DNA of 64,000 bases from Candidatus Thorarchaeota archaeon (GCA_048882385.1 JBHLRQ010000001.1:13340-77339), one strand, 5' to 3'. Positions 48,820-59,041 are shown, counted from the first letter of the stretch. Translations and numbers: made by a program. The notes: generated by a model from the letters alone, not told the origin.

Positions 48820-50030
48820 ATGATAATCTGCCTTGGCCTGAGAAACACCGTCCTATGAGTCTCAATGAGCTTGTAGGAAACCGTGAAACAGTGAAAGCGC
48901 TAAAGGATTGGGTTGAATCTTGGATATTTGGGACACCAAGCAAAAGGGCGGCTCTTTTGATTGGTCCTCCTGGAACAGGAAAAACTGCATCAGTGGGAGC
49001 AATCTCAAATGATTTGAACATGGAGCTAGTCGAGTTTAATTCTAGTGATAAAAGGAATAAGGATAGTATCGAAACTCTTGTTTGGCGTGCAGCGTCGCAG
49101 ATGACTCTTGATGGTCGAAATAGACTCATACTTCTGGATGAAGTTGATGGTCTTTCAGGTACTAGTGACAGGGGTGGGGTTGGTGCGATTCTAAAAGTAA
49201 TCAAGGATGCTGTACATCCAATAGTAATGACAGCAAATGATCCCAATAGTCCACGACTTAAGGAGTTATTGAAAGTTTGCCAAGTTTTCAATTTTGGATT
49301 TATTGAAAGTGAAGATATGACAACTGTGTTGAAACATATCTTGGTTGAAAACAAAAAGAGTGTGTCTGAAGAAATTCTTGAAAAGATAATTGAGAACGCT
49401 GAAGGTGACCTTAGAGCAGCAGTTTCGGATCTGGAATCGCAGGTAAGAAGTGGTTTGAAACCTCAGACAACTGCAACATCTAGAGATATCCGCCGAGGTT
49501 CAGATGAAACTCTGCGAAATCTCTTTGCCACAAATGATTCTAAGATAGCTAGGAAGATATTATCAGAATCAGAGCTTGACCACGACTCGTTAATTTTGTG
49601 GCTTGAAGAGAATCTTCACCTTCATCTTCTAACACCCAAAGAATTGAATGAAGGGCTTGAGGGTCTATCTCTTGCAGATCTATCACTTGGTAGAATTATG
49701 AGGGATCAGAATTGGAAACTTCTTGCTTATGTGTATGATTTCTTTGTCACAGGGGTGGCAATGAGTAGAACTCAGACTCCTTTTCGAAGAGTTGAATACT
49801 CACAACCAACTTGGCCACTTCTTGTATGGCAAGGTAACAAGAAACGGGATAAAGAAGATGCAGTCAGATCTTCTCTTGCCTCGAAAACAGGTGTATCAAA
49901 GAGGCGTGTTCGACAGACCCATTTAGATACCATTCAACAAATAATCAAGAACAATCCTAAGGCTTTGAATGACTTCTCTGTTTGGTTGAGGGTTGAAAAG
50001 TCATCGTTGGTCCAGAAAAGAAATCGATAA
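48816..50030 (+). CDS. rfcL: Replication factor C large subunit
   Basis: WPEKHRP, GPPGTGKTA and LDEVDGL; 4-nt overlap with rfcS. Confidence 0.85.
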   Translation: MNDNLPWPEKHRPMSLNELVGNRETVKALKDWVESWIFGTPSKRAALLIGPPGTGKTASVGAISNDLNMELVEFNSSDKRNKDSIETLVWRAASQMTLDGRNRLILLDEVDGLSGTSDRGGVGAILKVIKDAVHPIVMTANDPNSPRLKELLKVCQVFNFGFIESEDMTTVLKHILVENKKSVSEEILEKIIENAEGDLRAAVSDLESQVRSGLKPQTTATSRDIRRGSDETLRNLFATNDSKIARKILSESELDHDSLILWLEENLHLHLLTPKELNEGLEGLSLADLSLGRIMRDQNWKLLAYVYDFFVTGVAMSRTQTPFRRVEYSQPTWPLLVWQGNKKRDKEDAVRSSLASKTGVSKRRVRQTHLDTIQQIIKNNPKALNDFSVWLRVEKSSLVQKRNR

Positions 50031-50838
50031 CGTTACTCAGGGTTTTTGTGGATCGTCTGTGATAATCGAATCTTTCTTTCAAATGACGTGTAATCCTTCG
50101 AATAGCATATGGACTTGTCTTGAGGTTCAGTGGAACTACAGTTTCAACTAAGATCAGGTTCTCTGGTGGAGCAGGTCTGATTCCACTTGGTAATTTGATG
50201 AGTCCAGAGATTATGTTGTTAATTTCATTGACTGGAATTTCTCTAACTCCAACAGCTGTGAGTAGGGTCACAATTTTCCGAACTAATTTCCACAAAAAGC
50301 GAGTTCCATAGATATCCATGAAGATTGCATCATTGGACTTGTGGAGAGAGATGTTAAGAATCGTAGTGGTAGTGCTACGTCCTGCATCAGGTTTTGATAG
50401 TTGGTTGAAATCATTGGAACCAATTAATATGTTGATAGCTTCCTTTACTAGCCTAGAGTCAACAGCTTCCCATGATTCAGTTAGATAGTATCTGTAGTGT
50501 CGCATTAACACACTATATCGGGGTTTGAAGTCAATAGGAGCTTTTGCCGAAGCCCATAGTTGGATGTCGTCTGGAAGATGTTTGTTGATTTTGTCAACAT
50601 CAATTTGCTTGTTTGTAGTCACCATTACTAGTTGACCAATGCTATGTACACCACGATCTGTTCTTCCTGAAAGCTGAACAGTCTGTGGTGAGTGTGTTTC
50701 ACCAGACCAGATTTCTATTGCATCAATTAGCCTTCCTTGAACTGTATCGAAACCGGGTTGGTATTGTGAACCATAGTATATGTCACCGAGATAAAAAAGA
50801 CGTGCCAAGTAATCCGGCATATCATGAACTCCTATCAT
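49957..50838 (-). CDS. truA: tRNA pseudouridine synthase TruA family
   Basis: Catalytic motif GRTDRGVHS; start at ATG 50836-38 (MIGVHDMPDYL...). Confidence 0.8.
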   Translation of the reverse strand: MIGVHDMPDYLARLFYLGDIYYGSQYQPGFDTVQGRLIDAIEIWSGETHSPQTVQLSGRTDRGVHSIGQLVMVTTNKQIDVDKINKHLPDDIQLWASAKAPIDFKPRYSVLMRHYRYYLTESWEAVDSRLVKEAINILIGSNDFNQLSKPDAGRSTTTTILNISLHKSNDAIFMDIYGTRFLWKLVRKIVTLLTAVGVREIPVNEINNIISGLIKLPSGIRPAPPENLILVETVVPLNLKTSPYAIRRITRHLKERFDYHRRSTKTLSNVIDFFSGPTMTFQPSTKQRSHSKP

Positions 50839-51119
50839 GAATCCCAAAGATTGAACAAACTCCTGAGAGAACGTGCTCTTAGGTCTTCAATCTTATATCG
50901 GTAGATTTTGATTCTCCCAAATTTCTTCTCCTCAATGAGGCCAGACTTCAACAAGACTTCAAGATGGGATTTTGTTGAACTGTGGTTAAGATCAACTCGT
51001 CTACAAAGCTCTGAGATATTTAGTTCATTAGAAGAAGCTAGTTCCTTGAGTATTTTGATTCTTCCACGTGATGAGAATATGTCCTCTATTGGAACAGTTA
51101 TTGAGCTATCAGTATTCAT
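50835..51119 (-). CDS. winged-helix transcriptional regulator (ArsR/MarR-like)
   Basis: RIKILKELASSNELNISELCRRVDLNHSSTKSHLEVLLKSGLI; 4-nt overlap with the truA start. Confidence 0.6.
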   Translation of the reverse strand: MNTDSSITVPIEDIFSSRGRIKILKELASSNELNISELCRRVDLNHSSTKSHLEVLLKSGLIEEKKFGRIKIYRYKIEDLRARSLRSLFNLWDS

Positions 51120-51120
51120 C

Positions 51121-52338
51121 CTATTTCCTCATGTTTTCCTTTTTTGTGTCAAGCAGATTTGACAAGAAATGTTCTAACATTTCTGCTGGTACTTCCGAGA
51201 AGCCGATAAGTGTCGTTTGACCTCTCTGACCTGTACCAGATTTCTTAGCATCAATTATCCCGTGAGCATTGAGATCCTGAACCCATTCCCATATCTGAGT
51301 ATGAGCTCTTGGTTCTTCGAAATATTCTTCACATATTGATCGATACATATCCTCAACTTCGCCTATTGTTACGTATGCACTACGGATTTCTCTAAGCTGT
51401 CTTGCTGCAGCTAATAGCAGTAGTTTATGTTGCGTTGGCAAAGTAACGAGAATTTCTTTTCTTAATTCAGGATGTGTATCAGCCTTCGCACGACGTGCAT
51501 AGTCTGGAATTATAATGTCTGTTTGATCACTGTCTGCACGTTTACCAGCTCTCCATAAGAGCTCGATTGCATATCTTGCATCACCATGTTCTGATGCAAT
51601 ATCACAAATCACTTGGATTGTTTCATCCATGACTGCATTTTTCTCAAATGCCATTTCAACACGATCTTGAAGTATGTCATGAAGTGCCTCTCGATTGTAT
51701 TTTGTAAATCGGAGAACATTTCGTTGAAGTGTACTGAGTGTGCTAGTATCAAGAGTGTCTTCATCAAGGGGAATTTTACGGCCGATTCCAATGATTGACA
51801 GGCGTTGAGTTGCATTCAATCGATCATCCATGATTCTAGTCAAATCATAAAGAATGTCAGCACCTCTCTGTGCAATAAAATAGTCAAGTTCATCAAGAAT
51901 CAACAGGAGATATCGATCCTCTTCATCTAGTACTTCCACTAACATTTGAAGGAGTTCGTCAGGAGAGTGCCCACGTCTGGGGAACTTGGGTTTGAATTCT
52001 CTTAAAGCTCGGAGAAAAACAAGATATTCGGTCTTATTGACACGGCAGTTGATGTGGATACTATGAAGTCTGATGTTGCGTCGTGATGCAGCCTGAATCA
52101 TCTGTTCGGAGAAACGTTTTGTGACTGCAGTCTTTCCAGTTCCGACGGGGCCTTCAATGATGAATTTATGGCTCGTTCGACCAGGGGAACTAATCAAAGT
52201 CTTGAAACTCTGGACAAGAGCCCGAATCTCATCCTGTCTATGTGGTAGACTCTCAGGTACATAGTCAATAGATAGGAACTGTTCTGATTTGAAAACACTG
52301 CGTCTGCTTAGCTCATCTTCAACATAGTCGTGAGGCAT
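51121..52338 (-). CDS. orc1-2: Orc1/Cdc6 replication initiator (paralog 2)
   Basis: YVPESLPHRQDEIRAL, Walker A GPVGTGKT, Walker B LILDELD, and a C-terminal wH. Confidence 0.85.
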   Translation of the reverse strand: MPHDYVEDELSRRSVFKSEQFLSIDYVPESLPHRQDEIRALVQSFKTLISSPGRTSHKFIIEGPVGTGKTAVTKRFSEQMIQAASRRNIRLHSIHINCRVNKTEYLVFLRALREFKPKFPRRGHSPDELLQMLVEVLDEEDRYLLLILDELDYFIAQRGADILYDLTRIMDDRLNATQRLSIIGIGRKIPLDEDTLDTSTLSTLQRNVLRFTKYNREALHDILQDRVEMAFEKNAVMDETIQVICDIASEHGDARYAIELLWRAGKRADSDQTDIIIPDYARRAKADTHPELRKEILVTLPTQHKLLLLAAARQLREIRSAYVTIGEVEDMYRSICEEYFEEPRAHTQIWEWVQDLNAHGIIDAKKSGTGQRGQTTLIGFSEVPAEMLEHFLSNLLDTKKENMRK

Positions 52339-52549
52339 GACTGTCGAGAAACAGCTCTACTTGTGCACCTTAAAAGGATTTGCGGAGCGTACGATTAAAA
52401 GTATAATGAGAGGGTAGATTGCCGAAAGTAATGGCGAGCTCCTAACTCAAGATCCATATCATTGTCATTTCTGACTCATTGGGGTCATAGCAATCATCGC
52501 TCGCCAATACTATAACCATCTATTTTCCCTTAAACCTGACGAAAAACAA

Positions 52550-52626
52550 TGGTGCGACCGCCGGGATTTGAACCCGGCTTGGAAGCTTGGGAGGCTTCCG
52601 TCCTAACCAGGCTAGACCACGGTCGC
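52550..52626 (-). tRNA. tRNA-Gly (anticodon CCC)
   Basis: Acceptor stem GCGACCG/CGGTCGC, discriminator A, CCA. Anticodon stem GAAGC/GCTTC with loop CTCCCAA. T-arm CCGGG-TTCAAAT-CCCGG. Confidence 0.85.
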
Positions 52627-52765
52627 AGCACAGCCCATCCAAATTATATTTGATAAAAGACTATCGGCGATTTTATGGCAAATCAGTTTTTTTTTGGTTC
52701 ACTGTCGAAGGAGTATGCTTATCTTGGACAGAGTTGCCAACGCCAACCCGGAGACCTGAAAAATA

Positions 52766-53884
52766 TTGAAAACTACAGAATTTTGGCAAGGAAACCAAGC
52801 TTGTGCTGAAGCTGCTATTGCTGCAGGATGTAGGTTTTTTGCAGGTTATCCAATCACACCAGCATCTGAGATAGCAGAAATAATGTCACGCGAGTTACCT
52901 AAAATTGGTGGAGTATATCTTCAAATGGAAGATGAAATTGCTGCAATTTCTGCTGTTATTGGTAGCTCATGGGGAGGGAAATTGTCTATGACAGCAACCT
53001 CAGGACCTGGTTTTAGTCTCATGCAAGAAAATCTCGGATATGCTGTTATGACTGAAACTCCTTGTGTTATTGTAGATGTACAAAGAGCTGGTCCCAGTAC
53101 TGGGCAAGCAACAAAAGCAGCTCAAGGAGATTTCATGCAAGCACGATGGGGATCACATGGTGACTATGAGAGCGTAGTACTTGCACCAAATTCAGCACAA
53201 GAAACCTATGAATTGACTATTAGGGCATTTGCCATCTCTGAAAGATTTAGACATCCAGTCATTTTGCTTTCTGACGAAATTGTTGCACATTCAAGAGAGA
53301 AAGTTATTGTTGATAGGTCCAAGGATGTGAGTGTAAAGAGAAGATTCATTCAAGGAGGGAACCAGCCGTTTGGTGATGTGGATAATGATGGATATGCATT
53401 AATGCCAAGGTTTGGTAATGGGCATGATTTACTCGTCACTGGGTCAACTCATAATAATCAAGGATTCCGAAAGACTGCAGACCCAGAAGTTCATGATTTG
53501 CTTATCAGAAGACTGGTCAAGAAGATACAAGATGCAACTGAACATATAGAAGACTATCAAATTTCAGGACCTGAAACATCTGAGTGGGGGATCGTTTCAT
53601 TTGGTTCAACATCAAGATCAGTTGAGGAACTTGTGGCATTCGATTCCAGGATGAATTTTCGATCATTGCGTCTGAGAACAGTTTGGCCATTTCCCGATGA
53701 AGCAATTGCACAATTTGCTAAAACTGTGGATCATATACTTGTTCCCGAGCTCAACCTTGGTCAATTGTCAAGGGAAGTGGAACGAGTTGTGAAAAGCTCA
53801 GCTGAGATTGTTACACTTGGAAAAATTGGGGGAGGTCGGATGATTGAACCTGATGAGATTCTTCAATCTATGACTAAATCATGA
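52766..53884 (+). CDS. korA: 2-oxoacid:ferredoxin oxidoreductase alpha subunit (KorA/PorA-like), no adjacent beta subunit
   Basis: N-terminal GNQACAEAAIAAGCRFFAGYPITPASEI is the OFOR alpha consensus; TTG start. Confidence 0.75.
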   Translation: MKTTEFWQGNQACAEAAIAAGCRFFAGYPITPASEIAEIMSRELPKIGGVYLQMEDEIAAISAVIGSSWGGKLSMTATSGPGFSLMQENLGYAVMTETPCVIVDVQRAGPSTGQATKAAQGDFMQARWGSHGDYESVVLAPNSAQETYELTIRAFAISERFRHPVILLSDEIVAHSREKVIVDRSKDVSVKRRFIQGGNQPFGDVDNDGYALMPRFGNGHDLLVTGSTHNNQGFRKTADPEVHDLLIRRLVKKIQDATEHIEDYQISGPETSEWGIVSFGSTSRSVEELVAFDSRMNFRSLRLRTVWPFPDEAIAQFAKTVDHILVPELNLGQLSREVERVVKSSAEIVTLGKIGGGRMIEPDEILQSMTKS

Positions 53885-55542
53885 ACTGGAGTATTGTTTA
53901 CGGAAATTATAACCGAAAGATTAGTTCTCATCCAAATCTGAATGGTCATTGTCTGGTTGAAGTTATGGAAGTAATCACTCTCTAGTTGTATTGATATATT
54001 GTGGAAGCCTGGGGATATCCAAATTGGCAAAGAAATGGATAGTATTGAACTTGAATTGAAATTGGTTATGATTGAGATTGGTTGAAACGAATTATCACAG
54101 TAAATAGAGATGTCGACAAAATCTACTGTATTGTTGTTCTCATCAACGATTGAAACTGTGAAATTCAATGATTCTCCATAGAATGCAGAGTTAACTGATA
54201 TGTTTGGATTCAAGAATCCGGTGATACCTAATATAAACTGAAACGAGCTTTGAAATTTGTAATAGTTACTAATTGATGAAACATTTACAGTATGAATTCC
54301 TGTAGAGAAACTTGATGTAGTGGGGATTACGAGGTAGTTAGTAATTCCGGGAATAATGTTAGCTTCAACTATGAATTCGTTTTCTTCATCGGCGAATTGA
54401 ATCTGTATTGACTGATTCCAATCAATCTCTGGTTGCACTGTAAATTCGATAGTAATGTTTTGACCTCTAGTTACGTTCCAAGATGATTGAGTAGGGTAGA
54501 ATTGGAGTAAATTAGGAAACACATCAATAGGAACAAGTTCTTGAACTGGTTGAAATCTCGGGTTTGTAGCTGTGATGTTTACAAGTTGGTTTCCAGGACC
54601 AGTTTGAAAAGGAATTGTTACTGAATATAGGCCGTTTCCTTGACTCGTCATCAAGCCACTTCCAAAACTAGTTTCCCAAGAAATTATGCTATCGTTCAAA
54701 GGACTAAGATTGAGATCTTTGTGCTCGACTATGATATCAGCCTGTTCAACATAACTACTATCAGGAGATTGACAATGAACTGATGTTGGTGAAGAAATTA
54801 TTGATAGATTAGAGAGAGCAGGAAGAACTGTGACCTGAAATGAATTGGAAAAGGGTAGAAAATCCTCATTTCCGCTAGATGATAATGTCAGGTTATACGA
54901 ACCTGGTGGACCTAAAGAGTCATTCCAGCTTATCGAAACTAGTCCTTCATTGGTTGTTGAGAGATTTGTGTCAAGGACGTTTTGAGAATTTGCGTCTTCT
55001 ACAAGTATGGAAACTTGTTCATTCGTATAGGCTATACTTTCATTGTGTATACTCTTCACACTAAATGTAAGTGTTGTATCGATACCAGATTGGACAATCA
55101 TAGATGATTCTGCATTTACATCAAGATGTCCTCTGACTATTGTGATTTCGATATTATCTCCAGCGCCTTGTGAAACTGTATCAAATATTTCAACATTAAA
55201 GATGACGAATGATTGCGCTCCTGTAATATTGGGATTAGTATGTTCGGGTAAAATGGTATAATATGAGTTCAAATAACGAACATCAGGAGAAGGAGAGATA
55301 AAGTACTCGTCTGCGAATGATGGACCAAGATCTGTCACAACTGCAAATGAAACATAGCACCAGCCCTGATTACTAAAGTCTGCAATTAATTTTGCAACCA
55401 TGCTTATTGTTTCTCCAACTTCGTATACGAGTTTGTCTGTTTCAAAATATTGGAAATCAAAATAGAATGCAGAAACAGGTGTTACTAGGCTAATAGTAAG
55501 TATAAGTGATAATGGAATCAGTGCTCGAGTTCTTCGTTTCAC
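53863..55542 (-). CDS. secreted N/S/T-rich beta-rich protein with signal peptide (surface/adhesin-like)
   Basis: N-terminal MKRRTRALIPLSLILTISLVTPVSA signal; many N-x-S/T sequons; no C-terminal anchor. Confidence 0.5.
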   Translation of the reverse strand: MKRRTRALIPLSLILTISLVTPVSAFYFDFQYFETDKLVYEVGETISMVAKLIADFSNQGWCYVSFAVVTDLGPSFADEYFISPSPDVRYLNSYYTILPEHTNPNITGAQSFVIFNVEIFDTVSQGAGDNIEITIVRGHLDVNAESSMIVQSGIDTTLTFSVKSIHNESIAYTNEQVSILVEDANSQNVLDTNLSTTNEGLVSISWNDSLGPPGSYNLTLSSSGNEDFLPFSNSFQVTVLPALSNLSIISSPTSVHCQSPDSSYVEQADIIVEHKDLNLSPLNDSIISWETSFGSGLMTSQGNGLYSVTIPFQTGPGNQLVNITATNPRFQPVQELVPIDVFPNLLQFYPTQSSWNVTRGQNITIEFTVQPEIDWNQSIQIQFADEENEFIVEANIIPGITNYLVIPTTSSFSTGIHTVNVSSISNYYKFQSSFQFILGITGFLNPNISVNSAFYGESLNFTVSIVDENNNTVDFVDISIYCDNSFQPISIITNFNSSSILSISLPIWISPGFHNISIQLESDYFHNFNQTMTIQIWMRTNLSVIISVNNTPVHDLVID

Positions 55543-55665
55543 TTATCTACACCAGAAAACAGTCATTATCATTCCTAAAAAACTGCACATGGTTTCAACG
55601 GTAGGTTTAATTCACCATATCTTGCCATCAATCAAAGACTCTGAGTAAATGAAGTGTGATTTCAA

Positions 55666-56031
55666 ATGGTGATTCGATTCAAGGATGCTGTCATTGATTC
55701 TGTTGAAGAAACTGAAACTAGAAGACTGAAGTTTTTGAAAATATCTTCGAAAAGCGATGGTGCCAAACTCTCATTAGAATTACCTGATGCACTTTGTGAC
55801 ATGTTAAACCCAAATGATTCAATCAGTGTTGTCATTGATTCTAAACCCATTCCAAAAGGAGAACAAGCAAAACTCTATGTTGAGGGTAAGGTCTTCAAGA
55901 AAATGGGAAAGGATGATTTAGAAATCATAGGTTCAATAGGTGGACTGAGACTGGTTCTTTCAATTTCAAAAGCCACTCCAAGTCAAAGCAGCACTTTTGG
56001 TTCTGACAAGTTTTTCTTGGCTATCATATGA
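55666..56031 (+). CDS. rpo8: RNA polymerase subunit Rpo8 (RpoG, Rpb8 homolog) candidate
   Basis: C-terminal LYVEGKVFKK...IIGSIGGLRLVL parallels the Rpb8 / Rpo8 signature Y(V/M)xGK(V/A)YK...SFGGLLM. Confidence 0.55.
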   Translation: MVIRFKDAVIDSVEETETRRLKFLKISSKSDGAKLSLELPDALCDMLNPNDSISVVIDSKPIPKGEQAKLYVEGKVFKKMGKDDLEIIGSIGGLRLVLSISKATPSQSSTFGSDKFFLAII

Positions 56032-56184
56032 TTTGAGATTACTTTCGGTCATCTCTCTTTCTGACTAGGCTGATAGAACCTACTCAATGTCAGTTGGAAT
56101 TCATTTTGGTGAACTAGTATTTCTTGTAAATGTACAATGGGTACCTGAAATTTAGTTAGGATTTATTGTACACCTGTTTAGTGG

Positions 56185-57225
56185 GTGTGGTTTTTGACTA
56201 ATGGAATATGTGAATCTCGTTCAACAGATTCGAAATCATGTCCAGACTGTAGTGGTTTCTTAGTCACGAGTCAGGGACATATAGTATGTGCAGAATGTGG
56301 TTTGGTGCTCTCAAGGGAATTTGTTTTGCCAACCTATCAAATGGGACAACGACTGCATGATGATTCTCCTGATGCAAGTGTCTATGTATCACTAGGAAAT
56401 AGAATGCACATAGTGGATGGACTCGGTAGTTATATTGGATTTCACAAGGACAAGTACTTTCAAGATGCTCAGGGTCAGGCATTATCAGGAAGAATGCAAA
56501 AGAAGTTCAAACGATTGAAGACGATTTATAGTACCAGGATCAGGATTGGGAAGAATGAAGCAAAGTATAGAGCTCTCAGGACTCTAAATCATGTTTCTAA
56601 ACTTCTTATGCTGAATGAACAGGTTCGAGACCGTACTGCGTATCTCTACAAGAAAGTGATATCTGAGTCACCTCAGAGAGTGAGTAACAACATCCTGTTG
56701 ATTGCTGTTTGTCTTTTGATGGCTGTAAGAGAATTCAAAGATGAGGCTCCAATAACGCTTGATGAAATAGCTGAAACTTTTGAGAAATGTGGACATCGTG
56801 TCAATGTAAGAGCAATTGTCAGGGAGGCACTCAGACTCAAGTCATTGACTGGATACTCGCCTAAGATTCGGAAACCAGACGATTATATTCCAAGAGTAAT
56901 TTCCATGTTAATGAATAGTTCAAAGGTTGTAAGTAAGGTTCAGTCAAGAGGATGGGAAGTTAAAGAATACGAGAATGCTCTTAGGAGTAAGGTATTAGAG
57001 ATTCTTGATATGATACCTACTTCTAAACGAGGTGGGCGTAATCCATTCATATTCACTGTTTCTGCAGCTTATGCCAGTGATCGAATAATAGCAATTCAAA
57101 GTGGAAGGCGTGCGGTTCTTACTCAGAAGCTTGCATCAAGTGCAACAAAGGTTGCGGAGTATAGTATCCGTGATCACTTTGGTATGATGAAAAGGATTAT
57201 CGAACTTTCTCAAGAGAATGCGTGA
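56185..57225 (+). CDS. tfb: Transcription initiation factor TFB (TFIIB)
   Basis: Zn ribbon CPDCSG...CAECG, B-reader, and two cyclin folds; GTG/TTG start. Confidence 0.9.
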   Translation: MWFLTNGICESRSTDSKSCPDCSGFLVTSQGHIVCAECGLVLSREFVLPTYQMGQRLHDDSPDASVYVSLGNRMHIVDGLGSYIGFHKDKYFQDAQGQALSGRMQKKFKRLKTIYSTRIRIGKNEAKYRALRTLNHVSKLLMLNEQVRDRTAYLYKKVISESPQRVSNNILLIAVCLLMAVREFKDEAPITLDEIAETFEKCGHRVNVRAIVREALRLKSLTGYSPKIRKPDDYIPRVISMLMNSSKVVSKVQSRGWEVKEYENALRSKVLEILDMIPTSKRGGRNPFIFTVSAAYASDRIIAIQSGRRAVLTQKLASSATKVAEYSIRDHFGMMKRIIELSQENA

Positions 57226-57288
57226 TGATTCTCTTTTGCTATGGGATTATCTTTGAACAGTCTGTATAATAATTAGAATTCACTATGG

Positions 57289-58998
57289 GTGATTTGTTGG
57301 ATGAACTCAGAAACTCACTTGGTTAGATGCCATGTTGGAAGATGTGAAGATTGTCCTGAGAAGATGGTATCAGGTTGTCGCAGATTAAGACGCATAGAAA
57401 GATCTCCATCGGATAGAGCTCAGACTGTTTTGATTGAACCCGAACGAGGATTTCTTCATTTCTGCAAGAATAAAGAATTCCAGCAGATATACCCACCATG
57501 GTATGTTGATGGATGGGAAACTGTGTTCGTAGGTATAAATTGTCCTTTACTTAAGGAATCTGATGATATCCTTGATATTTACGAAGTTGGACCTTATTTG
57601 GCTCTTTTTAAAAGAGAGGAGTACCGCATACAATTCTATTCCATCCCAGTTGTAAGAACATCTCTTGAGTATTCTTTGATTGATGAACTGAGTAGTTCTG
57701 CTGTACAATTCAAGGATAACGAGATTTCAGTAAGAGAGGGATTATCTCAGCGACTTGAGAAGACTATGGAATTTATCTCAGAGTACATTCAGGAGCAAAT
57801 TCCTGAAATAAATGAAAACACTAGATTGACCCTTTCTAGGATAGTTTCTCAACGTAGAAGTGTTCTTGGTCCTATTTTCCCTATTCTATTAGACGATTTA
57901 GTTGAAGAATTGTATCTCGATTCTCCAGGAGCTTGTATGTATTTTGATCACCAAAGATTCGGAAGGTGTGATACAACATTGACTTTCCTTGAAAATGATG
58001 TGCCAAGAATTATCACATTACTTCGAGCGGAAAGCAATCTACACTTGGATAGAACCAATCCTTCCTTGAAAATGGATTTGCAAATTCTTGGGGCATCGTT
58101 GCGGTTCTCTCTAAGTATTCCTCCGCTTAGTCCAGACGGGCTACATCTTGAAATTCGTCGTGCACGAAACCGCCCGTTTACAATAGCTGATTTGATTCAC
58201 AATGAAACACTCACACCCGAAGTGGCTTCTATCCTGCTTCTAGCAGTTGCATGTAGATTTAATATTACAATAACAGGAGGACCAGGTACTGGTAAGACGA
58301 CGCTTCTGAACGCGTTAGACATGACCACACCACGTTGGTGGAGAAAGATATACATCGAGGATGCAATTGAAAGCAGAAATCAAGAGAAGCATCATCAAGT
58401 ACGATTTAGGGTAGATCCTATTGATGAGAGATTAAGTAAATCGGACAAAAGCAGTGAAATCATCAAATGTTTACATAGATCACCAGACTATCTGATTCTG
58501 GGAGAGATTCAAACAGCTGAACATAGTAATGCACTCTTTCAGGCAATTACAGCGGGTCTTCGGACAATACAGACCTGTCATAGTGATTCATCATCTAGTC
58601 TAGTTTCTAGATGGAAACTTAGTCACGGGGTTCAAGATTCTAATCTTGCAATGATGGATTTGATAGTTACACTTGAAAGACCTAGACCAGGAGATTCTAT
58701 CCGTAGAGTAAAAGAAATAGTTGAAACTAGAAGAGAAAAATGTAATGGGCTCATAGAATTTTCAGGATTGAACGTAGTCTATGATGCGAAAAATGGATAT
58801 GGTGATTGGGCTCATGATGGAGCATTTTTATCACATGCCAAAGAGTTGGGGATCGAGAGTCATCTTCCAGCCTTGAACAGTTTGATAGATATTGTGACAA
58901 AAGAAATGCATGAAGATAATCTAGACATTTTGAGTGAGCAACTATGGTCAAATGGACATCCGATGAATTTTGTCAGAAATAAATCCAAAGAGAATTAA
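57289..58998 (+). CDS. VirB11/FlaI/PilB-family secretion ATPase (T2SS-E fold) with N-terminal Cys4 module
   Basis: Walker A TGGPGTGKTT, Asp box YIEDAIE, Walker B DYLILGEI, His box TCHS. N-terminal C-x4-C-x2-C-x8-C motif. Confidence 0.8.
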   Translation: MICWMNSETHLVRCHVGRCEDCPEKMVSGCRRLRRIERSPSDRAQTVLIEPERGFLHFCKNKEFQQIYPPWYVDGWETVFVGINCPLLKESDDILDIYEVGPYLALFKREEYRIQFYSIPVVRTSLEYSLIDELSSSAVQFKDNEISVREGLSQRLEKTMEFISEYIQEQIPEINENTRLTLSRIVSQRRSVLGPIFPILLDDLVEELYLDSPGACMYFDHQRFGRCDTTLTFLENDVPRIITLLRAESNLHLDRTNPSLKMDLQILGASLRFSLSIPPLSPDGLHLEIRRARNRPFTIADLIHNETLTPEVASILLLAVACRFNITITGGPGTGKTTLLNALDMTTPRWWRKIYIEDAIESRNQEKHHQVRFRVDPIDERLSKSDKSSEIIKCLHRSPDYLILGEIQTAEHSNALFQAITAGLRTIQTCHSDSSSSLVSRWKLSHGVQDSNLAMMDLIVTLERPRPGDSIRRVKEIVETRREKCNGLIEFSGLNVVYDAKNGYGDWAHDGAFLSHAKELGIESHLPALNSLIDIVTKEMHEDNLDILSEQLWSNGHPMNFVRNKSKEN

Positions 58999-59041
58999 TC
59001 CTTTTTGGGGGCTTTAAAAGGAAGGAAACAAACAGAACTCT

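Noticed and set aside
52339-52549. Searched for ORB-like repeats upstream of the second orc1
   Set aside because: No GTTCCAGTGGAAAC-like element or obvious inverted repeat was seen, so no origin is called here.
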